Source: Macrostomum lignano | Taxonomy: Eukaryota | Direction of reading: 5' to 3' | Length of the DNA: 64,000 nt | Assembly (NCBI GenBank): GCA_002269645.1 | Contig: NIVC01000102.1 | Span: 143,950-207,949, forward strand | In this document: in pieces, positions 35,521 through 48,610 of the stretch | Position numbering within the stretch: the first letter of the stretch is position 1 | How the letters are laid out: each line of letters opens with the position of its first letter | Made by a program: the position numbers and the translations under genes | The notes under the pieces: generated by a model | What the model saw: the letters and a program-made list of their open reading frames with translations, nothing else | Told to the model about the DNA's origin: nothing | The model's database searches: none

Positions 35521-38310
35521 CATCGACACCGACACCGACACCGATAGGGGATAAAGTTGCGGGTTGGCAGGCGGTGGATCCGAGGGATGCCAAATGCAAG
35601 ATGCCATTTAAATGAGGCCGTTCCTCTACCTCAGGTAAGTGCAAATTAGCTGAATTAGCAAAGCAGCTGCTATAAAAAATTTTTATGTCCAACAAAAGAA
35701 TCGTCGTGTACACCATGAAATTATTTGTCATGTCAATCATAGAAAATCGCCATTTCCAGTTGACTCTGCTGTGATTGGAATACAATCGTACCAAGAGTGT
35801 CCAACTTAAGAAGTTTCTACTCATTGGTCTAGTATATTGTAGAGAATAAACATCATACATGTGCATTATATAGCGGCAGTATCTGAAATAAATATTTTGT
35901 AAATTCTGCATTGTCAAATATGTTCCGCTATATCACAGTCAAAACGAAACAGCATTTGCACACCTTTTTGTAGCTATAAATCAGTTTAAACAGAGATATA
36001 AAAACAGACAGTATCAGGAAAAGTCCATCAGTCTTCAGGCCTTCAAGAGGCGACCGCAACCTCGACCTAATCGTATTGATTTTATTTGCAAAAAAATATC
36101 AGCTCATCACTGTCATCAGTTTGTGAAACTTTCGCAGCGTGCTGTCGAAGTACAGGATCGCCAGTCGCAGCATTCAGAGGCAGCATTCAGCACGACCCAA
36201 CAGATGAAAAAAAAACTGGCGAATGCGCCTCTTCAAGGTCCAGGATGTATCCGATGGCAGAGTGCAGCCAAGTCGACCGCTGGAAGCTGCGCCAGTCACG
36301 CTTCCACAGTCCATGGATGCACGACAGTGCTGTACTTGCCTTAACCATCGAGAGTTGCCGCTGCAGCCGCTTGATCGTTGCCTCCCACGCTTGGAATCCG
36401 CAAATCAGCTGCAGAGGTGAGAGCTCTCAGCCGCAACACCTGCTCTCGGCGCAGAACCTGGTAGCTGAAGGTTGCTCTGCCACAGCACTGGCAGCAGGCA
36501 AGTCGCAGGCTCGGCTGCAGATAGATCTTTAATTGGCTCCAGCACTGGGGGCTACATGTCGTCCGCCTCTTCATCAGTTCTCTGCACAGATTGTAGTGGG
36601 TCTATTCGAACGAGCTGAGGCAGCATCAGCTCTTGATGCGGGATGGCGTCCCAGCAAAGGCGGATGTTTTGTCCGTAGCGCTTTGTTTTAGGAGGCCTCG
36701 TCCGTAAAGTGCAAGCTCACACATGTAGGCCCCGTAATTTAATTTTTAGGGTCAATATCCGGTTCCAGTAGGCAGTAGCTGCTACCAGCGCTTCGCCAGT
36801 GTCATCTTTCGGTAATTTGCGCATTCGCAACGGATTTCCTTTCTCGGATGCTGATAGCACATAGTACAGAGCTCGTGCAAGTGGTAGCACGCAGCAGTGG
36901 TTCGAATGACCGAATCAAAAGACATTTCTACGAGTACAAGATAGAAAAGCCAGTAACGCGCTAACTTTCATCAACTCTGACTCCTGTCCTGTTTATCCTG
37001 TTTATTAGGCTTGTACTTAAAGCACGATTTTTTAGAGGCAGGGGGGTTGTGTGCACCTTGGCGCACTTTAAGCGTCATTGGCACACAACCGGCGAGAGGC
37101 ATTACTGCCCATTCCGCCGACTCCCCTGAGCAGGCATACATGACAAGCGCGCGGATACGTACGTAGGCACACTCACACAGGAGTGTACACCGGCCCTAAC
37201 TTTATTTTATCGTTAGGCATGTACACTTCACTGCACCTTGGGGGGTTGGCTCTCAAGGCCGTTAATTGCACGAGCAGAGCCAAGCCGAGATTCCAATTCA
37301 GCCCCAAATTAATGTGACTGCACTTGGAATCGAGACTGGGTCGCTGGCACACCAGAGCAGCTGCGCTACCGCTGGGCTACGGCCCCCTCGGAATTTCAGT
37401 TTAGCTTCCTGTATCTATCTGACTCCCTCATCTGTCTCTCTGACTCCCCCTTCTTGTCTCTGACTCTCCACTGCATCTGTCTGTTGTTTTATCTTAACAA
37501 TGAAAATAAAAAAATAAAAAAATCGCGCCTCTGCTTGACGAAAATTCGCGCCTGCCCTCAGAAATCGCGTATTCGCGCCTCAATCACACCACTGATGTAC
37601 ATGTACATAGGCCAAGGCGCCGGTGGAGGTCCGTCGTCGTAGGAATCCGTAGGAATTTCGTCGTGTATCGATGTAGACTCCAACCAGTATCATTCAAATC
37701 TGTCTCTGCATGTACATTGAAATATATACTCAGCAACATTGAAAAGTGGCCACTCTATGCGCCAGTGAGCAATTTCTTTTGGACTACTCGTATTGTGAAA
37801 TTAAAGATACGAGAAAACTGATCGGGGTAGCTTTAATCCGTCCAACCCTCGCACACCGCTCCCCCCCACTTCATTCCTCAACTCAAGTCTGCCGCGGGGG
37901 TAACTGAGTTGCGTCACTCGCAAAGATTGAGAGACTTTACCTGCACTCTCAAAAGTGGCGACCACAGACGGAATGTTTTGTGATGGCGACTTTTCGATGT
38001 TGCTGAGTACACATATACGATGTGAGCTATACATAATTAGATGACTCATTTGGTAGTATGATAGATGAGATTGTAGTACACTACTAGCAATCTACGCCCC
38101 CCGTTGGGGAGCCAAAGAAATGCAATCGCTACACGTTTTTTTAATAAGCTACATGTATCCTTGAAATCTTAAAAAATCTCCTGTCAAACCTTGTAAGCCT
38201 TGACATGTCAGTAATTCCCCACCACAAGCTTTAACATATCAACTCCCCCCCTTGACATCTCAGCAATGCCCCCAATAAGCCTTGGAAATCTAAAAATATC
38301 TGTCAACCTT

Positions 38311-38373
38311 CTAACCCTAACCCTAGCCTAACCCTAACCCTAACCCTAACCCTAACCCTAACCTAACCCTAAA
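38311..38373 (-). repeat. Interstitial telomeric-like tract, about 10 (CCCTAA) copies, inside element A
   Basis: CTAACCCTAACCCTAGCCTAACCC... read directly. Confidence 0.9.
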
Positions 38374-39289
38374 GCATTGACATTTCAGTAATTCTCTCTA
38401 AGAGTCATTATAGCACTGCTACAGCATTATAGCGATTTCCTGCAAGCCTCGACATCGTAGGGATTCCCAAATGAATCTCTTAACTTCGACATGAAGCTTC
38501 TTTTATTTTTTACATTACGCTTTTTTTATCAGCGATCCCTCCCCTGAGGAGGCATCAAATAATGTAATAAAAAGTTTTCAATAAACTTTACATGATTGTT
38601 TACATGTAGCTTCTGACTTTAGCTTTGAAATCTCATTTATACCCCCGTGAGCCTTGACATCTCAGCTATTCCCCCCGTAAGCCTTGACATGTCAGCGATG
38701 GCCTCCATAAACCTTGAAATCTGAAAAATCCCCCGTTAACCCTGAAACCCGATAAAATATAACCCTCAACCCAAACCTGACCTAAACCTAACTTTAACCC
38801 AACCTAAAGCCTTGAATCTCAGCAATTCTTCTCCCCTAAGCCTTGACATTTTAGTGATTCCTTCTTTAAGAATCACAGCACTGTAACGATTCCCTCCAAG
38901 CTTTGACATCATAGCAATTCCCAAATGAATCTTTTAACTTCGACATGACTTTTCTTTTATGTATACATAGTGCTACTTTTATTTTTTACATGACTCTTCT
39001 TCTATCAGCGACCCCCCCCGTGGCGAGCCAACAAAGAATGTAATAAAAAAATTGAGTAAAGTACATGAACTTTGAAGTAGCTTCTGACTTTTGCTTTGAC
39101 ATCTCAGCAACCCCCCCCCCCGTAATCTCAGTTATTCTCTGAGAGCCTTAACGTCTCAGTTTTTCTCCCCAGCACAGCATTATAGCTGCATTTATTTTTA
39201 CATGACACCCTTCATGTCTGACATGACGCTTCTTTTATTGTACCATGATGCTTCTTAATTTTTTAAATGACACTTTCATTAGTTTTTAA

Positions 39290-42200
39290 ATGAGGCTTCT
39301 ATGATTTTTTCATGACGCTTCTATGATTTTAACATGACGCTTCTATGACTTTTTTTACATGACGCTTCTATGATTTTTTCTTGACGCTTCTATAATTTTT
39401 ACATGACGCTTCTATGATTTTTTACATGACGCTTCTATGATTGTTTACATGACGTTTCTCTGATTTTTTACATGACGCTTCTATGATTTTTTTAAATAAC
39501 GCTTTCTATGATTTTTAAATGACGCTTCTACGATTTTTTACATGACGCTTCTATGATTGTTTACATGACGCTTCTATGATTTTTTACATGACGCTTCTAT
39601 GATTTTTACATGACGCTTCTATGATTTTTTACATGACGCTTCTATGATTGTTTACATGACGCTTCTATGATTGTTTACATGACGCTTCTATGATTGTTTA
39701 CATGACGCTTCTATGATTGTTTACATGACGCATCTATGATTTTTATATGACGCATCTATGATTTTATATGACGCTTCTATGATTTTTACATGACGCTTCT
39801 ATGATTGTTTACATGACGCTTCTATGATTTTTTACATGGCGCTTCTATGATTGTTTACATGACGCTTCTATGATTGTTTCATGACGCTTCTATGATTGTT
39901 TACATGACGCTTCTATGATTTTTATATGACGCTTCTATGATTGTTTACATGACCCTTCTATGATTTTTTATATGACGCTTCTATCATTTTTACATAACGC
40001 TTCTATGATTTTTATATGACGCTTCTATGATTATTTACATGATGCTTCTATGATTTTTACATGGCGCTTCTATGATTGTTTACATGACGCTTCTATGATT
40101 GTTTACATGACGCTTCTAGGATTGTTTACATGACGCTTCTATGATTGTTTACATGACGCTTCTAGGATTGTTTACATAACGCTTCTAGGATTGTTTACAT
40201 GACGCTTCTATGATTGTTTACATGACGCTTCTATGATTGTTTCATGACGCTTCTATGATTGTTTACATGACGCTTCAAGGATTTTTTACATGACGCTTCT
40301 ACGATTTTGGCAGGATGATTCTATGATTTTACATGACGCTTCTATGATTTTTACATGACGCTTCTATGATTTTTTACATGACGCTTCTACGATTTTGGCA
40401 GGACGATTCTACGATTTTACATGACGCTTCTATGATTTTTACATGACGCTTCTATGATTTTACATGACGCTTCTATGATTTTTACATGACGCTTCTACGA
40501 TTTTTACATGACGCTTTTATGATTTTTTACATGACGCTTCTATGATTGTTTCATGACGCTTCTATGATTTTTACATGACGCTTCTATGATTGTTTACATT
40601 CTTCTATGCTTGTTTACATGACGCTTCTATGATTTTACATGACGCTTTTATGATTTTTACATGGCGCTTCTATGATTGTTTACATGACGCTTCTATGATT
40701 GTTTACATGACGCTTCTATGATTGTTTACATGACGCTTCTATGATTGTTTACATGACGCTTCTATGATTTTTACATGACGTTTCTATGATTGTTTCATGA
40801 CGCTTCTATGATTGTTTACATGACGCTTCTATGATTTTTACATGACGCTTCTATGATTGTTTACATGGCGCTTCTATGATTGTTTACATGACGCTTCTAT
40901 GATTGTTTCATGACGCTTCTATGATTGTTTACATGACGCTTCTATGATTTTGACATGACGCTTCTATGATTGTTTACATGACGCTTCTATGATTTTTACA
41001 TGACGCTTCTATGCTTGTTTACATGACGCTTCTATGATTGTTTAAATGACGCTTGAATGATTGTTTACGTGACGCTTCTATGATTGTTTACATTCTTCTA
41101 TGCTTGTTTACATGACGCTTCTATGATTGTTTAAATAACGCTTGAATGATTGTTTACATGACGCTTCTATGATTGTTTAAATGACGCTTGAATGATTGTT
41201 TACATGACGCTTTTATGATTTTTACTTGGCGCTTCTATGATTGTTTACATGACGCTTCTATGATTGTTTACATGACGCTTCTAGGATTGTTTACATGACG
41301 CTTCTATGATTGTTTACATGACGCTTCTAGGATTGTTTACATGACGCTTCTAGGATTGTTTACATGACGCTTCTATGATTGTTTACATGACGCTTCTATG
41401 ATTGTTTCATGACGCTTCTATGATTGTTTACATGACGCTTCAAGGATTTTTTACATGACGCTTCTACGATTTTGGCAGGACGATTCTATGATTTTACATG
41501 ACGCTTCTATGATTTTTACATGTCGCTTTTATGATTTTTACATGGCGCTTCTATGATTGTTTACATGACGCTTCTATGATTGTTTACATGACGCTTCTAT
41601 GATTTTTACATGACGCTTCTATGATTGTTTCATGACGCTTCTATGATTGTTTACATGACGCTTCTATGATTTTTACATGACGCTTCTATGATTGTTTATA
41701 TGACGCTTCTATGATTGTTTACATGACGCTTCTATGATTGTTTACATGACGCTTCTATGATTGTTTCATGACGCTTCTATGATTTTTACATGTCGCTTTT
41801 ATGATTTTTACATGGCGCTTCTATGATTGTTTACATGACGCTTCTATGATTGTTTACATGACGCTTCTATGATTTTTACATGACGCTTCTATGATTGTTT
41901 ATATGACGCTTCTATGATTGTTTACATGACGCTTCTATGATTGTTTCATGACGCTTCCATGATTGTTTCATGACGCTTCTATGATTGTTTACATGACGCT
42001 TCTATGATTTTACATGACGCTTCTATGATTTTTACATGTCGCTTTTATGATTTTTACATGGCGCTTCTATGATTGTTTACATGACGCTTCTATGATTGTT
42101 TACATGACGCTTCTATGATTGTTTACATGACGCTTCTATGATTTTTACATGGCGCTTCTATGATTGTTTACATGACGCTTCTATGATTGTTTACATGACG

Positions 42201-42293
42201 CTTCTATGATTTTTATACGATGCTTCTATGATTTTTTAAATGACGCATCTATGATTTTTATATGACGCTTCTATGATTTTTACATGACGCTTC
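39290..42293. repeat. 22-23 bp satellite (CATGACGCTTCTATGATTGTTTA), ~3 kb
   Basis: Continuous tandem array. Confidence 0.98.
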
Positions 42294-43020
42294 TTTTTAA
42301 AAAGTCTTTTAGTTTTCCTGACGTTGAAAAGCTTTAATTGAAAAAATTATATTCTATGAAAATTCGAACCATCGTCGCTGCATTTATCAAATTTTGCACA
42401 TATATATATAATTCAACAGTTTAAAATCCAAGCATAGAGTTAATCACACGAAGCAGTTATGACATAATCAGTTTCTCAGTCAGTCAGTATCAGTTAACAA
42501 TATGGTTACGCAATTTAAATCAAGTCTGGTGCTAGGCTTCCACACTGCATTTTCAATTCAAGTCAGAGTTACAATTCAGTTATGATGCAATCTATTTCAG
42601 AGTCAGAATTCAACCAGTCAGTTTTTTCTCTATAGCATTCTTACAATGCATTTCAAGTCGAAAAGTTTTCTTGACCTTTGCAAAAAAGCATGTTTTTCGA
42701 ATATTTAATGCCTCTAGCATTGAGCAATTTCTTAGCCACGATGCATGTACCGTCACGGGAAAATTTCTGATCGAACAGTGCAAGTTCGAACAAAATCGGT
42801 CCAGCCATTTTTTCTCTAATCTATCACATATATATATATATATATATAGACATCACATTTTTAGTATATAGGACTAGCAATCTTCGCCCCCCGATGGGGG
42901 ACATCTAGATAGAATCTCTGTTCTCTACAAGTATCAAAAAGATGGCCAAACAAAGCCTTCACATAGTCAATAGAAAAACTGCTCAGATGAAGTGCAATGC
43001 GAAAAGAAAACATCCTAAGA

Positions 43021-44138
43021 CAGCAAGCATACCCCCAGATAGCAGGCACCCCCCAGATAGCAAGCACCCCCCAGATAGCAAGCATCCCCCCAGATAGCAA
43101 GCACCCCCCAGATAGCAGGCACCCCCAGATAGCAAGCATCCCCCAGATAGCAAGCACCCCAGATAGCAAGAACCCCCAGATAGCAAGCACCCCCAGATAG
43201 CAAGCATCCCCCCAGATAGCAAGCACCCCCAGATAGCAGGCACCCCCCAGATAGCAAGCACCCCAGATAGCAAGCACCCCAGATAGCAAGCACCCCAGAT
43301 AGCAAGCACCCCCAGATAGCAAGCACCCCCAGATAGCAAGCGACCCCAGATAGCAAGCGACCCCAGATAGCAAGCACCCCCAGATAGCAAGCACCCCAGA
43401 TAGCAAGCACCCCCAGATAGCAAGCGACCCCAGATAGCAGGCACCCCCAGATAGCAGGCACCCCCAGATAGCAAGCACCCCAGATAGCAAGCACCCCCAG
43501 ATAGCAAGCACCCCAGATAGCAAGCACCCCCAGATAGCAAGCACCACCAGATAGCTAGCACCCCCAGATAGCAGGCACCCCCCAGATAGCAAGCATCCCC
43601 CAGATAGCAAGCACCCCAGATAGCAAGAACCCCCAGATAGCAAGCACCCCCCAGATAGCAAGCATCCCCCCCAGATAGCAAGCACCCCCCAGATAGCAGG
43701 CACCCCCCAGATAGCAAGCACCCCAGATAGCAAGCACCCCAGATAGCAAGCACCCCAGATAGCAAGCACCCCCAGATAGCAAGCACCCCCAGATAGCAAG
43801 CGACCCCAGATAGCAAGCGACCCCAGATAGCAAGCACCCCCAGATAGCAAGCACCCCAGATAGCAAGCACCCCCAGATAGCAAGCGACCCCAGATAGCAG
43901 GCACCCCCCAGATAGCAGGCACCCCCAGATAGCAAGCACCCCAGATAGCAAGCACCCCAGATAGCAAGCACCCCAGATAGCAAGCACCCCCAGATAGCAA
44001 GCACCACCAGATAGCTAGCACCCCCAGATAGCAGGCACCCCCAGATAGCAGGCACCCCCAGATAGCAAGCACCACCAGATAGCAAGCACCCCCAGATAGC
44101 AGGCTCTCCCAGATAGCAAGCACCCCCAGATAGCAGGC
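43021..44138. repeat. 16-18 bp satellite (CCCCAGATAGCAAGCA) with variable C-run
   Basis: Continuous tandem array. Confidence 0.97.
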
Positions 44139-46550
44139 GACATGGTGGCTTTTTACTGTTAGACATGGTGGCTCTTTAATGTTAGACATGGTGGCTCTTT
44201 AATGTTAGACATGGTGGCTCTTTAATGTTTGACATGGTGGTTCTTTAATGTTAGACATGGTGGCTCTTCTATGTTTAACAATGTGTCTCTTTAATGTTTT
44301 ACATGGTGGCTCTTTAATGTTCGACATGGTGGTTCTTTAATGTTCGACATGGTGGCTCTTTAATGTCAGACATGGTGGCTCTTTAATGTTCGACATAGTG
44401 GCTCTTTAATGTTAGACATGGTGGCTCTTCTATGTTTGACATGGTGGCTCTTCTATTTTTGACATGGTGGCTCTTTAATGTTCGACATGGTGGTCCTTTA
44501 ATTTTTGACATAGTGGCTCTTTACTGTTAGACATGGTGGCTCTTTAATGTTCGATATGGTGGCACTTTAATGTTTGACATCATGCCAGATTTATGTTTGA
44601 CATGGTGGCTCTTTAATGTTCTACATGGTGGCCCTTTAATGTTCGACATGGTGGCTCTTTACTGTTAGACATGGTGGCTCTTTAATGTTCGATATGGTGG
44701 CACTTTAATGTTTGACATCATGCCAGATTTATGTTTGACATGGTGGCTCTTTAATGTTCGACATGGTGGCTCTTTTAGGTTTGACATGGTGGCTCTTTAA
44801 TGTTCGACATGGTGGTTCTTTAATGTTCGACATGGTGGCTTTTTAATGTTCGATATGGTGGCACTTTAATGTTTGACATCATGCCAGATTTATGTTTGAC
44901 ATGGTGGCTCTTTTCTGTTAGACATGGTGGGTTTTTTATGTTTTGAAATGGCGGCTCTTTAATGTTTTACATGGTGGCTCTTTAATGTACGACATAATGG
45001 CTCTTTTATGTTTAACAATGTGGCTCTTTAATGTTTTACATGGTGGCTCTTTAATGTTCGACATGGTGGCTCTTTAATGTTCGAAATGGTGGCCCTTAAT
45101 GTTTCACATGGTGGCTCTTTAATGTTCGACATGGTGTCTCTTTAATGTTTGACATAAAGTCACATATATGTTTGACATGGTGGCTCTTAAATGTTTGACA
45201 TAGTGGCTCTTTAATGTTCGACATGGTGGCTCTTAAATGTTTGACATGGTGGCTCTTTAATATTCTACATGGTGGCTCTTTTATGTTCCACATGGTGGCT
45301 CTTTAATGTTCTTCATGGTATAGCTCTTTTATGTTAGACATGGTGGCTCTTTAATGTTCGACATAGTGGCTTTTTAAGGTTTGAAATGGTAACGCTTTAA
45401 TGTTTGACATAAAGTCACATATATGTTTGACATGGTGGTTCTTTATGTTTGACATGGTGGCTCTTTTATGTTCGACATGGTGGCTCTTTTATGTTTGACA
45501 TGGTGGCTCTTTAATGTTCGACAAAGTGGCTCTTTAATGTTTGACATGGTGGCTCTTAAATGTTTGACATGGTGGCTCTTTAATGTTCAACATTGTGGCT
45601 CTTTAATGTTCGAAATGGTGGCTCTTAAATGTTTGACATGGTGGCTCTTTTATGTTCCACATGGTGGCTCTTTAATGTTCTTAATGGTATAGCTCTTTTA
45701 TGTTAGACATGGTGGCTCTTTAATGTTCGACATAGTGGCTTTTTAAGGTTTGAAATGGTAACTCTTTAATGTTTGACATAAAGTCACATATATGTTTGAC
45801 ATGGTGGCTCCTAAATGTTTGACATGGTGGTTCTTTATGTTTGACATGGTGGCTCTTTTATGTTCGACATGGTGGCTCTTTTATGTTTGACATGGTGGCT
45901 CTTTAATGTTCGACAAAGTGGCTCTTTAACGTTTGACATGGTGGCTCTTAAATGTTTGACATGGTGGCTCTTTAATGTTCGAAATGGTGGCTCTTAAATG
46001 TTCGACATGGTGGCTCTTTAATGTTTGACATGGTGGCTTCTAATTGTTTGACATGGTGGCTCTTAAATGTTCAAAATGGTGGCTCTTTAATGTTCGAAAT
46101 GGTGGCTCTTTAATGTTCGAAATGGTGGCTCTTTTATGTTTGACATGGTGGCTCTTTTATGTTCGACATGGTGGCTCTTTTATGTTTGACATGGTGGCTC
46201 TTTTATGTTTGACATGGTGGCTCTTTTATGTTTGACATGGCGGCTCTTTTATGTTTGACATGGTGGCTCTTTTATGCTCGACATGGTGGCTCTTTTATGT
46301 TTGACATGGTGGCTCTTTTATGTTTGACAGGGTGGCTCTTAAATGTTTGACATGGTGGCTCTTAAATCTTTGACATGGAACCTTCTGAATGTTTGACATG
46401 GTGGCTCTTTAATGTTCTTCATGGTGGCTCTTCAATATTCTACACGGTGGCTCTTTAATGTTCGACATGGTGGCTCTTCTATGTTTGATATGGTAACTCT
46501 TTTATGTTCGATATGTTGGCTCTTCTATGTTTGACATTGCGCTTCTTTGA
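44139..46550. repeat. 23-bp satellite (GACATGGTGGCTCTTTAATGTTT)
   Basis: Continuous tandem array abutting the 16-18 bp array. Confidence 0.97.
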
Positions 46551-47150
46551 TGTTTAGCAGTTTTGTTGTGTTTTTAAGGTGTTTTAATAAAAAAAATCTT
46601 TTTGTACTACTAAGATTCGAACCCAGGTTGCTACATTAGCATTCCAGTCTGTTCGCATCAGGGCTATCTCTTTTCTATTGGAGAACATGAATTGTGGCCC
46701 TTATAATTCAATTCTTACAGCAAGTCAATTGGAGTAAAAAGTTATGACATAATCAATTTCTCAGTCAGCCAGTATCAGTCTCAATTTAAGTTAGCTATAT
46801 TGGTTACGCAATTTAAATCAAGTCGTGTGTGCATTTCTTCGACACTGTTTTCAACTTGTTGTGATGCAATCTTTATCACAATCGGAATTCAGTCAGTCAG
46901 TTTTTTCTCTAGCATTCTTACAATGCATTTCAGGTCGAAAGAGCTGCTTGACCTTTGCAAAAAAGCATGTTTTTCGAATATTTAATCCCTTTAACATTGA
47001 GCAATTTCTTAGCCAAGATGCATGTACCATCCCAGGAAAATTTCTGATCGAATGGTGCAAGTTTGAAGAAAATCGGTTGAGCCAATTTTTCTGAAATCTA
47101 TCGCATACCCACATACCCACATACAGACAACTCATTTTTAGTATATAGGA

Positions 47151-47587
47151 ATTCTCGCCCCTGCGTACAACTGTACATGTAGTATTGTTTCGAGTTGTAC
47201 ATGTAATCTTGGTACGCGCGCGGGCCGGCTGGGGAGGACACTACATAATGCGCAGATAGAGCCGGGTTTTCAGAATTTTGACGCAAAAAACGCAAATTAT
47301 ACTACTATCTGAAATGAACACTTTAATCAATACACTTCAATATGTATTCGTATATGTACATTAATCCCACATACGCACATTAATCCCTATCCCAAATTGT
47401 ATCTGTGCATGTCTATTCCCAATTCTATATGTACACAGTACATACTTCTGCATTAATCTACATGTACATGTACAGTGTCTTACATTAATCCCCAGACGGC
47501 CCGCGCGCTCTCTGCGTATGAATCACCAAGATTACATGTACAGTTCGAAACCCAACTACGTGTACAGTTGTGCACAGAGTAGAGAAT
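47151..47587. mobile_element. MITE-like element with ~60-80 bp imperfect TIRs
   Basis: Left end ATTCTC...CAACTGTACATGTAG...TGTACATGTAATCTTGGT is inverted at the right end ACCAAGATTACATGTACA...GAGAAT; no TSD resolved. Confidence 0.7.
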
Positions 47588-48120
47588 TAGCGCTGTACAA
47601 TCTCATCTACTACCAAATGAATCAACTAATTGTATAGTTCACAACGTGGGATATGTATATTTCCAATAGTATCAGGCGCCATGCTGTATAGAATAGCATG
47701 GTACTAATAATAACATTGTTCGCTATATGTTTTTGATATAAGCGCCATGCCGTTTCTGATCACAGTGCCATGCTGTATGGAAAAGCATGGCGCTAGCTAT
47801 CGTAAAGTTAAAGTAAAGGAACGCAAAAATATGTCTTGTCGCCCTGCAGCAAAATTATTGATTTCCATAACGGGTCACAAGGTCGGTTGAAGGGGACAAA
47901 GAATTCTGGCATGTCCCCCTTGGCTCCCCCGTTGGCGATGCCCCTGACTACAACTAAATAATACCTACAAGGTAAATACTCGCAAATGATTAAAAAGGAA
48001 ACGAAAATTTCACTTCTGCAACGATTAACATGCTACTAATAGTAGAAAACTGCGATCGAAGCAACTGTGGGAAAAATGGCCTGGAATTGGCGCCCCACTG
48101 TATGACAGCAATCAACGCAC

Positions 48121-48610
48121 CTGCACAGTGATGTAGTCGGGATCAATATCCTCCACAGCTGCTTCAGTGCCGTCGGTGAATCTGACAACAATGCGAACGT
48201 AGCCAGACTGATTGTAGCACTCGAAATTTCTGCTGATATGAGCGGTGAGGTAGCGGCCCATGAGCTGGTCGCCGATCAGCAGCACGGACAGGTTGGTGAC
48301 AAAGTGCGCCTCCACGCTGTCGATGCGGACGCTGCCGCCCGTGCCGACAGACAGGCTGGCATTGCCGCGGCGCAGCTCCGCCACGACACCAAGGCGCGGC
48401 CGCGACCAACGCCTTCCAGGGTGCTGCCTTTCAGGGCGGCGACACGGGAGTCGCTGACGGTCGGGCGGCCGCAAAAGGGGGTGACGTCAAGCAGTTGCTG
48501 GTGCTGGTCGGGCAGCTCGGCCGGGGTGTCGGCAAACATCGGCGAAGCTGAGGAAGCAGCTGAGGCGGCCGCGCCGCCGCTGAATTTCGGTATCGACAGC
48601 ACCGACAGCG
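48121..48610 (-). pseudogene. Putative internal exon with a frameshift, possibly TMEM132-like (Ig-like repeat region)
   Basis: GC-rich island bounded by TTTTGTGTACCAG| and CAG|GTGCGT. Peptides LLDVT..TVSDSRVAALKGSTLEGVGRG and VRFTDGTEAAVEDIDP resemble TMEM132 segments from memory; frame shift near 48385. Confidence 0.35.

Larger units (their letters stand above)
22795..37125. repeat. Tandem segmental duplication, ~6.36 kb unit, 2.25 copies (22795-29182, 29183-35542, 35543-37125)
   Basis: Identical ORF sets recur with a 6358-6360 bp offset; joints read GACACCGACACC|GATAGGGGATAAAG. Confidence 0.95.
38084..42873 (-). mobile_element. Non-autonomous Helitron-like element A (4.8 kb, satellite-carrying)
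   Basis: Minus-strand 5' TCCTATATACTAAAAATG at 42873; 3' end has a GC hairpin (plus CGCCCCCCGTTGGGGAGC) then AGATTG-CTAG at 38087-38084, followed by T. Confidence 0.8.
42874..47150 (-). mobile_element. Non-autonomous Helitron-like element B (4.3 kb, two satellites)
   Basis: Minus-strand 5' TCCTATATACTAAAAATG at 47150; 3' hairpin CCCCC-CGAT-GGGGG (plus) then AGATTG-CTAG at 42877-42874. Confidence 0.8.

Noticed and set aside
37640-38050. Possible Penelope or GIY-YIG remnant on the minus strand (NVAEYIFQCTC)
   Set aside because: A single weak motif interrupted by stops; not supportable.
38311-38373. True chromosome end or telomere
   Set aside because: Tracts are short, imperfect and internal to repeated elements.
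42861-44189. 442-aa and overlapping ORFs rich in GACYLG/LAIW
   Set aside because: Translations of the 16-18 bp satellite.
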